DNA of 64,000 bases from Epiperipatus broadwayi (Eukaryota > Animalia > Onychophora). A program made the position numbers and the translations under genes. The stretch is taken from contig JAQFVV010000008.1 in NCBI GenBank assembly GCA_028023455.1, forward strand, positions 16,368,001 through 16,432,000, read 5' to 3'. Positions within the stretch are counted from its first letter, which is position 1. Each line of letters begins with the position of its first letter. Shown here one piece after another: positions 50,342 through 64,000 of this stretch. The notes under the pieces are model-generated. The model was given only the letters and a program-made list of their open reading frames with translations, was not told the origin of the DNA and did not search any database.

Positions 50342-50700
50342 CTCTTGGACATGCTTTTTTTAAATTGATGTTTTCTCTGAGTGAAAAAGTAAAATCAAGT
50401 TGATCTCTGTAAGCATTATACATAATCGGCCTTTTGGTCTCTTAAAATATCTATTGATAATAAATACATCATTGAATATAGTTGTTCTGTTCATTCCTGT
50501 TTTAAAATCCACATTGCCTTTAGATATTTGGTATCCTTCCAACTTGAGCATTCCAGATAGGGATCAAAATATATCATTTTTCAAGTTTTATTAGTCTCTA
50601 TCCTCAATTGAATATCAAATTTAATTTTTTCTCATTTTTGGGGCTAGATTAAATGGCTTAGTCTGCAAGGTTTGATAAACTGATAGAGGCAAATTTTGGA
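49861..50700 (-). mobile_element. Old RTE endonuclease/linker remnant
   Basis: FIINRYFKRPKGRL resembles the INTxFKxPKRRLYTW segment. Confidence 0.5.
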
Positions 50701-51899
50701 CTTAAAGGTCTATAAATTGAATCCAAGTCTATCACTTCTTCTGCTTGAACTTCTTATAAATTCCTAAGCAATAAAATCACTGTTATTTTTTTAATGAATG
50801 ACTTGCAAAATCAAATTGGTATCAATCATTTACAGGATTACATCTAACACCAATCCTTTCAATACAATATAAAAATTACATCAATACTTGTTTGTTGTTC
50901 ATTATAATAATAATAAATACAATCTATTGATCTAAAAACTCTCAACTGACATTATTTTATAAACATTTAAAAAGTTAATGTCTAATTGATCCATTTTTAT
51001 CTTTACCACATCAAGTTTTTCTCAGTTCATATTCCAATTTTCTAATAGATTATTTCACAACTCAGATATTCTTATATAATCCAAACAACTTTAACCTAAC
51101 AATTTCACATAGGCTAGAAGTACTGGGAAATATATTTGGATCTTTCTCACTGAGTGCCTTCAGACCCAATGGGCGATAGACGAGCAATGTAAAGCTTAGT
51201 TTCTATTACTATTCATGTTTTTCAGCACAATATATTAGGAGTTTATAACAGCTTTCTTCAATACAATTTGAAATAATGTTTTGCTGTTGTCAGGACTAAA
51301 CTATTAGCAATATCAATTATATTTTTAAAATTAAAAAATGTAAATAAAACAAAGAGCTAAAGCATAAGAGAAAAAAACAAAAATGTAGTTGTTCCTAATA
51401 AAGATTAGAAAGAATAATGTGAAATCTAAATGTTGATTTCAGATTATAAGTTTAAAAATTAAAATCAATCAATAAATAAAAAATATTATACTCAATTAAA
51501 GAATATTGAACTTGCTATACTGTTCCTTAGTTGGGAGCACATGACAAAAGCATAAACTCTATATGATTTGACATCTGGAAGATACATACATGACAGTTCA
51601 TCATTTGTAATATATAAAAATATCGTTAAAGTTTATAAAGTATATTTAAATTTTTTAATTAGGTTAGATAGTATTTAGAGAATGGCAAGCAATATCAGAC
51701 TACAATTGACAATGATCAAGTGTTATCCATTGGTCATATGTCATCTATTTGCTCTACTTCAGACAAATAACATTTACAGTATACATGATTAACTAAATTG
51801 CTCAGCTTAGGTGATAGAATTAATATAATGTACTAATATATTAAATTCAGTTTCTTTTTTTTTTTTGTTAAATATTGGAAAAGAACTGTTGATTCATCT

Positions 51900-53000
51900 C
51901 TTCATATTCATTATAATTTCTATATCTCATCCTGCAAAAATATACATATATTTTCTATTATTTACTCTCCATCCTATTTTAATAAATATACTTAAACAAT
52001 TTCATTTTTAATAAAATTATAACTATTTTTTATTTTTCTCCACTATATACATATCTTAATAATTTGATGTAACTTCTTGTCTAGTCACTCTTGAAGCTGT
52101 TAACCACTATTAATTTATATACTGTATTTACTTCTATTTTTCAAGAATCATCTTGATTTTCTACACTATGTTATTCCAAATTTCTGTTATTATCTACTAT
52201 AACAAATATCAATTACTTTTTTTAATAATCATTCTTTTATTAAATATAACTATTCTTTTAACATCTGTTCTCTATCTTTAGTTGCTTATCTGTTCCATAT
52301 TCACTTAATTATATATCAAATCTAAATCTTTTCTCCATTTCTTAATTCATTCCTTCATTTCAAGATTTCTTAAACTCAAAATAATAAATTACTTCCTTTA
52401 TAGTTATTATAAATTTTGGCTTCTTTGATGATCTTTCTTTACACTATATTATTATTTGTTGTTGTTTTTTTCAAATTTTCATATTTTCGTTTTTGCTAAA
52501 TTTTCTATTCAAGTATCTCAAGCCAAACACATTGTATATCTAATATTATATTAGCATGTTACCAATTCAATTTTTGCATACATATATTGAAATGCATTTC
52601 CCAATCACCCTCTTTTTATATTTTAATACTTGCCTAAACCAATTTATCCAAAATATCTTTTCTATTAAATCAATTAAAAATTATTTTATCAATTTTGTCC
52701 CCCAACAATAAATTGTAATCTTCCAAACATTTCTCATATGAAAGAATGATCCTCATTTTAATTTGTATAGTGACAACTACCAATCTCAAGTTTCCTTAAG
52801 TGTATATCTTTCCACTTCTCTGAATATGATCCAAAGCTGTCAATAATTTATGCATATGGCATACTACATTATTCATATAACCACTCTCATCCAGAAGATT
52901 CTATTATAAGCAAATATATCTTTTATTTCTTCATCTATTTTTTCTTCTTTTAATCATCAAATTCTTTTTTCATTATAAGGAACATTTCATTTTATTACTA
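51900..53000 (-). mobile_element. Old RTE RT remnant
   Basis: Decayed PIMKKEFD segment and RT-like spacing on the minus strand; no intact catalytic motif. Confidence 0.4.
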
Positions 53001-56000
53001 TTGTAATGGGATGGGGGTATCGGATATCAAAAGAAATATCAATAATCTTACAAAGTACTTACAAAAGTATATATAAATAATATACGAGAGCATGAGATTA
53101 GAAAATCTCTGAGAACATTGTGCGATCAGCCAGCTAACTCCTCAGAGCAACCATAATAATTATTTATCAACCAGCATTATAATAAATCAAAGTAATTATA
53201 AGTGATACTCAAAATGATCCACAATAAAATATAATAAAATCAACAGTCCATCTTGTGGCTGGATTTGAACTATAAAAAATATAAATCAACAGTCAATCTT
53301 GTGACTGGATTGGAAAATGGGTCTTCTTTAGACCAGGCTAACTATTGATCCTTTGCCAGCTTGGGCAATTATTTAACCATAACTTGGATGCACCAGCTTA
53401 GTGCCCATCCATTAGAATACATAACTAGAAAATCGAAACAATAATGCTGGGACATTAAAACATGCTGATCATCATCAATGCTCAGGCCACTTGTACTGGC
53501 CAACTATAAACTTAAATTATTAACAAGACTGAACTAAAATAAAATATAGTGCATGGGCTTTAAAGAGTATCCTCTTTTGCGCCAACCAGGATGATGATTG
53601 ATCATCTCTGGATGCCCAAAGCACTAAACATATCCCCATTTATCCGTGTCCGAATCTAGCTCAGGAACACAAGCTCTATTATTGTATGTGACCATGAGAT
53701 GATGGAATACAATTTTTAACAATTAAATATAAGTTTATTAATAACAACAAAAATAAATAAGGTCTTATAAGGGTTCTGATTTTGAATGATACATAATAAT
53801 AAAGTCATCATTCTATAATTTACAAGATTGCTACAAAATTCAAGTTATTACATTAATTGACAATATTTACCATTCAAAATTCAAATTGCTACATTAATTT
53901 ACAAAACTACAATTCATATTATTATTATGGTCTACTTATATATGCGCACAGACGCGCGATTTATAATATACAATTAATATTCAATAACACAATAATTATC
54001 ATTTGCATATTGTGCCCTTTTGTATGGGTCTCCATAAATTGTTATATCAATTTATTAAAAAATTTTAAATTTAAGATATATTACAGCTATATGAGGTTGA
54101 TTTTATTTATAATAATCTTTCAAAAGTTTAATTAAAGTAAACTATGAATATTTGATATGTGAAGTTGTGCTAATATTTGAGAGAGACGTTTCAGTAAAAA
54201 AAAAGATAATATTATATGGTTGGGAAAACTGGCCATGATCAATACTGCATTAATAAGTTTTGTAAATAAATATTTAAAGCTAAAAGTTTAAAAAAAGACA
54301 AGTTAAAATTAAATGCATATATATTTATTATTGATAAAGATTAATATTTAGTAAGTGAATATAAATATTATGTTATTAATAGTATATAAGAGAAGATTAA
54401 TATTTGATTTTATAATATCAAATTATTATTTAAAAGTTGTTATAGTATATTATTTGTTTTAAAAAAATTATTTATTTTCTAAAATTGAATTGTTAGTTTA
54501 TTTTTAGATAATTACAAGCGTTTATATCTGTGTTGTAAGTCAGATGACAGATAGACATATGTACACATATGCTTGTAAGTTTTTTAGTAAAGTTGCAAAA
54601 CTGTTTTAAAATTCTATTATAAAATTTAGAAATATTATATTGGCTATCACGAGATAAAAATAAAAATAATTAGTGTGAAATATTAAATCTGATTTTTAAA
54701 ATACTGTTTAAAAAATATAATGAATAAAAATAGACTTAGTTTGTTTAAAAAAATAGTCTTATAAAAGTTAAAAGTGAAATAAAGTAAAATATATATTTTT
54801 AAAAAATGCTTAATGGATTTAAATAAATGATAAAAATTAATTTAAGAATTAAATAATGTAATAAATAATAAATATTAAATAAGTCATTATTTATTTTTAA
54901 TTTCGTATTGTTGGTAAGATATGTAAATAGGCTAGCAAGGTGATTGTTTAATTTACCAATCAAGTGGGTAATTTATTCCGGTATAAAAACGGAGGTTCAA
55001 TTGTTCAGGGGGTGATTGTAATTTCTTTTAAGTGAAGTGTGCTATTAAATATAGCTAAGTAAAAAATTATAGATGCTCTCGTAATAGTTTCTTAATTTAT
55101 AAGAGAGTAGTTTTAAATAATTTTATAAAAGTTTACCGTTTAATATGCAGTGCTAAATTATTTATAGTTCCCTATTGATCGTCTCTATCAAGGCTCAATT
55201 TTACTGTCAAATAATCATGAAAATATCGTATAATGATAAAATGTGTTGGAAACCTTATATTAAAAATATAGTGAACGCTGGATTAACTAAGAGAATTACT
55301 AGTTGGATAAAAATAATATATTGGACATTATATGAATTTAAAAGTTGATTATAATTAATTTTTTATAAACAAATATTTTAAAGAAAGATAAATACTTCTT
55401 TATGAAGAAAGTATTTTAAAATTATATATTTTAATATATCTTTTGGTAAAGATATGGAAGTTAATAATAATTGCAGAATAACCTTCCCTTATTAAGTCTT
55501 TGTTATTTAAAAGACTAGAGGTTGATAGATTTTTTTTAAAAAACTGATAATTCGGAAATTTAATTGATAAATAAATACCTATAAAAAACGTTATAATATT
55601 AAAATTCTATATGCTGGTTATATAGAAAATTTTAAAAAATGTTTTGCTGAATATTTAAAGAAATGCGCACAGAAGTATACGAGGATATCCAAGTCAATTT
55701 TTATAAAAACTTAAATTAAACATTTAACTATTGATTAATCCTAGGAAGATAATAACTTTTAAATAAATCCGGATCTTATAAACTGTTTTAATTATTATTT
55801 TGTTTCTTTATGGTGGAACTTATTTTATCTTATTTTTTTTTAAAAAAAAACGTTTTCCATTTATTTCATAAAAACTGTTTAAACACATGATGTACCGGAA
55901 AAAGGAAGTGGTGTTGGTAAAATGTTGTGCCTAGGAAAAAAAAACAATTGTGGGTGGAAAGAAGACACCGTTGGATTTTATGTAACATATTTTGTTTTCT

Positions 56001-59000
56001 TAACTAACATAGATATTTAATTATTTATTGATCTATTAGAGATAAGAGAGGTACATTTTAAAAGTAACTACATATTAATATAACACTTAATTTCCTAAAG
56101 TTTATTTTTTATATAATTTTACAACACGTAATATTTTAAGAATAATTGTTGAGTATAAATGTGATATTATTTTATAAAACTATAATCCTGGAGGACATCG
56201 TTTGGCTGATTATAAATTGGAGTATCATTTATGGTAATAATTATATAATATTAATAATTTAATGTATTTTTGCTTTGTTTTTCTTTAGATAAACCAAATA
56301 TTATTTGATTGTTGAGTGAATGTATAAATATTTAAAGAATATACACGCATAATACTATCAATAATAGTTTTATTTTAATATGCATACTTTATTTTATAAT
56401 ATAAATTTAATACAACGTAATAAGAGTTATCTAGAAACAATTATATGATTCTTTCATGAATAAACTTTAATGTCTCTGTTACAATATTAGGAGTTTGATT
56501 TATTATATTAGTATGAGTCATTTATATTTATTTTCAAGTTAGTAAAAAGTAAAAATATATCTATATTTTTTTTTATTTTTTTTTTTATTAGATAAGTTAA
56601 ATTAATTTTATATAGAAATTTATATTTTGTTTGAAGAGTTTATCATATATAGATGATGAGATATAAGATAGTTTGGATAGTCATTTTTTTTTTAAAAGTG
56701 GTAATGATACTGAAGTTAAATAAGATTAGAGTGATAATTAAAGATAAGATTTTATTAAGAGGGAATAGGAATAACAAGTGGAAAAGAATAGTAGTTTAAA
56801 TGGAAAAGAATCATAGAATTTTATTTTAATATAATAACTTTATAAAAATTGGTAATTTATAAATAAAAAATTTTGTCTTCACAAAATTGTTGAATAATTT
56901 TAAAAATATTATTTTAAGAAAAGAACATATATGTATTGCATATTTTGGTAAGACATATATTATGAAATTACATCAGAATGAAGTAAATAATTATGTAATC
57001 AATAAAAGTCATATAATATTACAAAGTTATATCAATCTATACATTGGTTGATATTTAGTTAATGCTAATAATAAATGTAATACATAATAGTTATATTATA
57101 ATAGAAATAGCTATAATACTTAAATGGAGTAGCATTTTAATTATTAAAGTTTGTTTATTTTACATGTGCTACATAAGTGATATTTTACATAAAAGCCTTC
57201 TATTGTACTAAGTGATTATAAATGATATCTAGTAAAATATAAGTTCATAGACTCAATTAAATATTACTGATAAAACATTTAAGAAATGTATGGATTATTT
57301 ATTTTGGATTATGGAAATAACAATGTAAGAATCTTGTATTATTATTATTTTTCTTATTTTATTTTTTTCTTGATTTCCACTTGTAATGTAAATAATGTAT
57401 ATAAGTTGTTTATTAAAGTTGATGTAAATAAATTTGTTTAAGTTGTTTTAAAAGTGTGTCGAATTCATTATTTTGCACCACAGCATTTGACAACAAATAA
57501 TTTGAATAAAACATAATATTTGCACAATATGAATTAAATTATTATTTTTTTTTTAAAAAAAGAAATACAGTATTTTCTTAATATAATTTATAAAAATTCA
57601 TTAACATTAACATATTATATTATAATGGTCATGAAATAATTATAATGCACAATATAAGAGTATAATATTATTTATTGCCACATATTATTAAATTATAAGA
57701 TTTTATTATATTCTCAATTAAGATATTATATGAAGATGAAAGACATGTAGATGATTTACTTGTTTTCTTAATAATTAGTAGTATAATAAAATAAATAAGG
57801 TTAACTTATATACTAGAGATTGTTATTATTAATTGTTTATTATTATTATAAGTTAGGTGTAGTTAGGTTTGATATTAAATCCCTTATCATGCCTATTTGC
57901 ACGAAGTATTATTACTTTAAGATAATTAAAAGAACCTGAGATTATTTAGTTATATTTCTTTGATAAAAGATTGAGATTTATTTATTGCTATTATTGAAGT
58001 TAGTTAATTTTATAAAAGACATAGGAGTGCTATAGATGTGTTAGTGAGATAGTAAGAGGTAATAGTATTCTTATGCCATTGAGATAATGTCTTAGAATAC
58101 ATGGACTCAATGTAAATTCATATTACCACTTGTAACTTCACTTCATAGTCTCATGATTTAATAAATACTTATTTAATTAGTGCATGATATCGAACTATAT
58201 TAATTTTATGTTAGTTGTACTAAATCTGATAAGATATAGTATTATAAAAATATATTAATAATGGTTATACATATTTTAGTCGAACATAACAATTTAATTG
58301 AGCTAGTCATATTTTAAGTTATATTATATTTCTGGAAGTGAGGGTACAATATATATCTTATTTGACAAGCATTGACATATATGTACACACAGATTATTTG
58401 ACAAGCAGTGATATATATGCGCGCACAGATTATTTATAAATTTAATTTTGTCAAACAATAAATAACATTACTTTTATAATTAATAATTCCATTTTGAATA
58501 TACATAAAATTTACATATTTGTTATAATGATAAAAGTTATTTTCACAATTATTCTTTTTGTTGAATATAGCATTTTTTTTCCCTTAAAATAAATCCGATC
58601 AAATTTTTGACAGATGATTGTTGATTGATTTAAAATGTCTTTTTTTTTAATAAACGAAATATACAATCGTTTTATAGAATTAAGAAAATATAAATTTCAA
58701 AATGTCTTTCTGCTTGATTAGTTAATGCTGATAAAATAGGCAAGGTGAGAGAGGAAAATTGAATACGTGAAGTGCCCCTTCTAAGTACCTAGACAGATCA
58801 ACCACAAGAAATAGTATCCAGAAAAAAATATCAGGCACTGCTCATCTCTTGTGAGTCTTAGGGGCTTTAGAAGAGGTCTATTCATGAGACCAAGGCCTAT
58901 TCATGAGGCCTACATATACACTGCTGGACTACCCTGGGAGCTCAATATCTAGGTCTAGACAGTGCCGAGTGTATACTTCGGAGGACCATAAACACATTGC

Positions 59001-60939
59001 ATCCACACAGCCCTGCTCAACCATACATCCACCATAAACATAAAAAGTACAATTTCACGCATCACTTTCAAAATGTAATTTTACTAAAGAAATTATTTAA
59101 AATTTTGTTATTATATATAACTCTACTCACCACAGCTTTATATATTTTTATCTGTTCTTCTCTGCCTTTAGATACGTCAGCATATATATAATTAATCATT
59201 TAGCAAGCTGGTTCAAAAAATTGGTCCATTAGACAAATATAATCCATGTTTGTTGTCATCATCAGGTAAAAGTATGCAATCCATGCAAATCTTGATTTGT
59301 AGTTGGTCTCTGCTTTATCTAGGATTATTCCAAGCAATCAGCTGTTTTGGTTTGATAGAATTTTAGGCAAGCAACCGTCCTCCATGTTTAAGGCTATGAA
59401 TTTCTACAGAAAGAAGTGGGTCATTTTCTCTAGGTGAATTCAAACTCCTGCTAAGGAAAACAGTCTATTATCTTGCCTTCAGCTATCTCAGTTTATGATA
59501 ACTATTTTGCCAACTCTCTACTATAGCTAACGACAAACTGCAGCTATCCATTTTGGTTAGCTAATTTCTGCCACTTATTCAAAAAGTTTTAGTAGCCAAG
59601 CTGTTCTGTTCAGCTCTTACAAAAAACTACAATCCAAACTGCTCTCTTCAAAAATCATTACCCAGACTAACTGATATATTTTTCAATCAGTCTTTTATAA
59701 ACTTGGTTAAGTCAGGTGACAAAAACACAGTGGCTGTTTTCAATCTCTCTAATCCATTTGAAAACAAGCTGGAATTTCTATCAAAATGTGATTTTCATGC
59801 TTTTACTTTAATTTTTGGAATTTGGCCAAAGGTGTAATAATCCTTTAGAATTTTTAATCTACAAAGATTTTTAACAACATAGTAGAAATGCAAATAAGGA
59901 TTAATTAAAAAAGATATTTTATACAAGTATTAATTAAAAGATTTTAAAAAATAAATTATGCTTTTTTTTTTTTTTGTTAATTTCAAAATCAGAATTACAA
60001 ACATTATTTATCAGACCTTTTTAAAATACTTATTTCACAATGAAATTTTACTTTAAACCCAGAGTTATTTAACCCTTTACTTATTATTATTTTATTTTAG
60101 GCAATATAGAAAAATATCTACAAAAATTTATTCTGTGTTTATTTCTACTTTTCCTTTATTTTAGGTATATATATATGCACATACACTATATTAGTGTGTG
60201 TGATGTAACTCAACTGGTTACACTATTAACATTTCATTTTATTACTATTAATCCCCTTTTTTTAAATGCAATATTTATTCATTTCCCATTCATTTGTTGA
60301 TTTTTATTTAAAAAGAAAGAATTACACCTTTTTAACATATACACTTTTTTCTACAAACATCTTAATAACTTGATAACCTACATTTTAGCTATCACAATTT
60401 ATATAGTAATTCTCTTTAAAATAGTATATGTCTATTTCACTTGTTGCTCCATCAAATTCACAATATTTCAGTTTATAATTGTATATAATAATTCTCTTTA
60501 CATAGTAATAATTTTTTACAATTTCATTTTTCTTAACTTAAACAAAACACATTCTCTAATGTTATAAAATGAGCATGAATAGTTTTTAACAAGCTTTTCC
60601 AAATATCCTCTTATTAAGTAACGTGATGTATGACTTGATTTCCTTGCAATATTCTCTAATCATTTTGATGGAACTATCTAATTTATAATTTCATCTATAA
60701 AATTAAAGTCAACCCAAATATATGATCAGCGACTCTCTTATCACCAGGCCTGAGAAGAGGAGGTGCAACCGATACATTGTTCTTGGAGCCATGGAGCTCA
60801 AAGCGGCCCATGAAGAAGAAATTTTTTACAAAATCAAATTTTTAAAGAGAAACAATATTGGATATATATTTCAAATTCTATACTTTGGGTGTATAGCAAA
60901 ACTGCCTTGCAGACTTGTTTGATATAACCTTTATTAATC

Positions 60940-62210
60940 TGAACACTCAGTGAACAACTGGATGAACAAAAACATGTATGCTGTGTTCAACCATAAATGG
61001 TACCACATGCTCGATGGGTGGCCAATGGGGCTTCTAATGAGTGGTATTTTTAGCCAGCATCGTAATGAATGCATACGAACAAATTATCATCCCGAGATAC
61101 GTGGACTGTGATTTATTGCTATATACAAGATATGTAGACGACATTTTTATAACTGCGCCTAAAGAAATAATAGAAGACATTAAGAAAGATCTCACAACAG
61201 CATCAGGTCTAAACATAAACACAGATCAAAATGAAGCTCTTAATAGCATTAAATATCTAGACCTATAAGTAACGATAGAGGCTCATCGCTTCTGTTACAG
61301 AATGACTATCAAACCGATCAATGTTAGAGGACACATACACCACTCATCGAACACTCCATATACATATAAAATGGCTGGTCTGAAATCTTTCTTATACAGA
61401 AATGCGAATCTGTGCAGCTTTGAGGCTGATAAAAAGAAGAACATTGAGATGTTCAGAAAGGAACTAATAAATGCAAAATACAATAAGAGCAATCGATAAT
61501 ATTAGGAATTTTGAAAACAGTCCCATTCGCACCAGAAACAAAATAAACCTCATATCTTGTTACCATATATTAAAAATATACATAAAGATTTACACACAAT
61601 TTTTAGTAATGATTTTAGTTTATGTTACCGCTCTCCTCCCAATTTCAACAGATGTACAAACAACACTAAAGACTACATCCCCCCAATATACGTCCAACAT
61701 GCTGTTTACAAGATCGTGTGTAGTAATAATAATTGTCCGGCAGCATATTATGGGGAGACTAGGGCATCCATCCATACAAGACTTGCACAACATGTATATG
61801 CAGATAATAAGGCCTCAGCTGACCCATCCCACCCATCTATTTTTGCACAGCACGCAGCTTCTATGGGACACCAGTGTAGGCCAGACAAGCCTCGCGTTAT
61901 GTGCAGAGAGCAACACGAATTGCAAAGAAAAGTGAAAGAGGTGTGTTATATCATCTCTGATGTGTATGCCATGAATAAAAAAGAGACATTTTATGTCATA
62001 TCTAAGAAGTGGCAGATCTAGATCTATCCCACCCTTATTTGCATATTTAGTCCGACCTAATTTGCATAGTTTACTTCTTGAAAATGAAGACTTAGACCTT
62101 TGAAAGCGCTCGAATAAATCGATAAAAAGTTTGTCATTCGTTTGATTTACGGTTATTATATATATTTAATTTATCGTTTGATTTACGGTTATTATATATA
62201 TTTAATTTAT
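60940..62210 (+). mobile_element. Penelope-like element 2, 5'-truncated (RT, thumb, GIY-YIG, 3' tail)
   Basis: DGWPMG, YTRYVDDIF, IKYLDL, MLPYIK, VYKIVCSNNNCPAAYYGETRASIHTRLAQH and EVCYI; few frameshifts; tail contains a 36-bp tandem duplication (about 62138-62209). Confidence 0.93.
62070..62118 (+). ncRNA. Variant minimal hammerhead at the 3' end of PLE 2
   Basis: TTTACTT CTTGAAAA T GAAG-ACTTAGAC-CTTT GAAA GCGC TC GAATAAA: stem I 6 of 7 pairs, stem II 4 bp, stem III palindrome AGCGCU; first core box atypical. Confidence 0.62.
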
Positions 62211-62349
62211 ACATGTGTATTTTCATATTAACTCAAATATTATAGTTTACAAATATAATGAATTTTAATTTCATTACTTATTTATGTAAATTTGCAAGTT
62301 TAGTTTCATTTCGTTTGTGAATATGTTTCATTTCGTTTATGAATGATTA

Positions 62350-64000
62350 TGAAATGTTATCTCAAAATCTGGAGCTCAAGAAAAACCAGAAATGTGATGA
62401 GATTAATAAAAAAAAGGGCAACACACACTTTTTCAATTTGGCGTCATAACAAGTGAAACTAACCAAAATGAAACTTTTAAATTCAGAACAATGTGAAACA
62501 AGTGCAGAACTGAAACAAAGAATCAGAATCTCATGAGTCCAGTTTGGTTTTTCAAAAAACATTAGATCAAGTAAATTCTCAATTTAAAGATTTAGAAAAA
62601 CAATTAAATGTTAGTGGTGAGAGTACTTCACTGTCTACGGAATCTGGACATGGCAGACATAGTGAAGAGAAGAGTAGGTCAAATACTGGAATTTATATTG
62701 GATTTCTTATAACAGAGGTCCTTCTCAATTGGATATAGAAAACTATGTTATTAAAGTTCATACTGGCTTTCCTAAAACATTTCCCCAAAAGATATAAATA
62801 ACAAGGTTTTTCCCAAAAGTATTCTAACATTTGATGTTTAAATGGTGAGAAACATGACCACGATTGTTGTGTCTGGAATGAAGTTAAACGAGCATTACTT
62901 TTGCTTTCCTTGTCAATTTTGGAACAAGATTTGCCACAGCATTAGCTCGGCATCTAAGATTATGCTTGCATGAACAAAAGAATGGTCAGCAGTTAAAGTT
63001 GTGAAAATTATGTGTTCACATTCAAGAACATGAAAAAAGCAATAGTTATAAGCAATGCTGTCTGGCTTGGCAAGAACTAGAAGATTTGGAATTTATATTG
63101 GATTTCTTATAACAGAGATCCTTCTCAATTGGATATAGAAAACTATGTTATTAAAGTTCATATTGGCTTTCCTAAAACATTTCCCAAAAGATATAAATAA
63201 CAAGGTTTTTCCCAAAAGTATTCTAACATTTCGATGTTTAAGTGGTGAGAAACATGCCCAGGATTGTTGTGTCTGGAATGAAGTTAAACGAGCATTACTT
63301 TGCTTTCCTTGTCAATTTTGGAACAAGATTTGCCACAGCATTAGCTCAGTATCTAAGATTATGCTTGCATGAACAAAAGAATGGTCAGCAGTTAAAGTTG
63401 TGAAAATTATGTGTTCACATTCAAGAACATGAAAAAAGCAATAGTTATAAGCAATGCTGTCTGGCTTGGCAAGAACTAGAAAGATACCTGTCATCTGACA
63501 AAGGCACAGAGTTTATTGGAAGCATCAATTGAAACAGAATATGTCAAGTGGTACATTATGAAATGAATCATTGATGTTGTACTATTCCTTGGGGAACAGG
63601 GGCTTGCTTTGAAAAGCAGTTCCCAGGCGCATTAATGAAAAAGACAATGGAAATTTTCTATAAATGAGAGTTGTTGCCTCATCAGGATCCAATTCTAAAA
63701 CAACATGTGTTGCAAGATAAAGTCACAAGAAAAGGAAGAACAACTTCAAGTACATTATCTCGATGCCGGATTCCCAAAATGAGTTAATTGCTGAATGTTG
63801 CTAATTTGTAAAACAACACATATTGGAGAACAAGAAAACTACAAAATTTTGTTGATTCATCAGATTCATCCCACATCGAACAAACATTTCTTTTGTGTTA
63901 TGTAATACCATATGAAAAACAGTATGAATCTGTAGAGATTTTTAGTTTATTGACACCAACCATAAATCAGGATATGACATAGCACAGATGATAGAAGCAT
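62350..64000 (+). mobile_element. Decayed hAT transposase (TTF-type zinc finger plus DUF4371-like region), continues beyond the window
   Basis: KSGAQ, FPKDINNKVF..NGEK..LLCFPC, KDNGNFL and DSSHIEQ segments; frameshifted. Confidence 0.8.
62687..63484. repeat. 400-bp tandem duplication inside the hAT transposase
   Basis: TGGAATTTATATTGGATTTCTTATAACAGAG starts at 62687 and at 63087; copies are nearly identical. Confidence 0.96.

Noticed and set aside
51040-51210. Upstream exon of the minus-strand gene (..LCEIVRLKLFG)
   Set aside because: Acceptor and donor are weak and the phase does not fit convincingly.
53850-58700. Mitochondrial insertion (NUMT)
   Set aside because: No recognisable rRNA, tRNA or respiratory protein sequence.
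59250-59800. LINE C-terminal remnant on the minus strand (LNMEDGCLPKI)
   Set aside because: Only one short motif; not enough to call.

Overview
AT-rich eukaryotic (probably invertebrate) genomic DNA, dominated by transposable elements. Three phase-compatible minus-strand exons of an unidentified protein-coding gene lie at 36407-36922, 29332-29556 and 24617-24652. Decayed elements include RTE-clade LINEs (one nested in another), an L1/Tx1-like LINE, two Gypsy elements, two Penelope-like elements (PLEs; RT plus GIY-YIG) and a hAT transposase. The main signal is a set of non-coding palindromic elements carrying minimal type I hammerhead ribozymes (HHRs) with self-complementary stem III. One pair is intact and identical (6059-6208). 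A second family forms a 1.27-kb nested palindrome with a 470-nt ribozyme-to-ribozyme unit (33430-34695). Related copies lie at 45.0-46.5 kb, and each PLE has an HHR-like motif at its 3' end. HHRs in PLEs and retrozymes are known classes; whether these families are undescribed needs database searches I could not run. Alignments and folds were done by eye, so boundaries of decayed elements are approximate.
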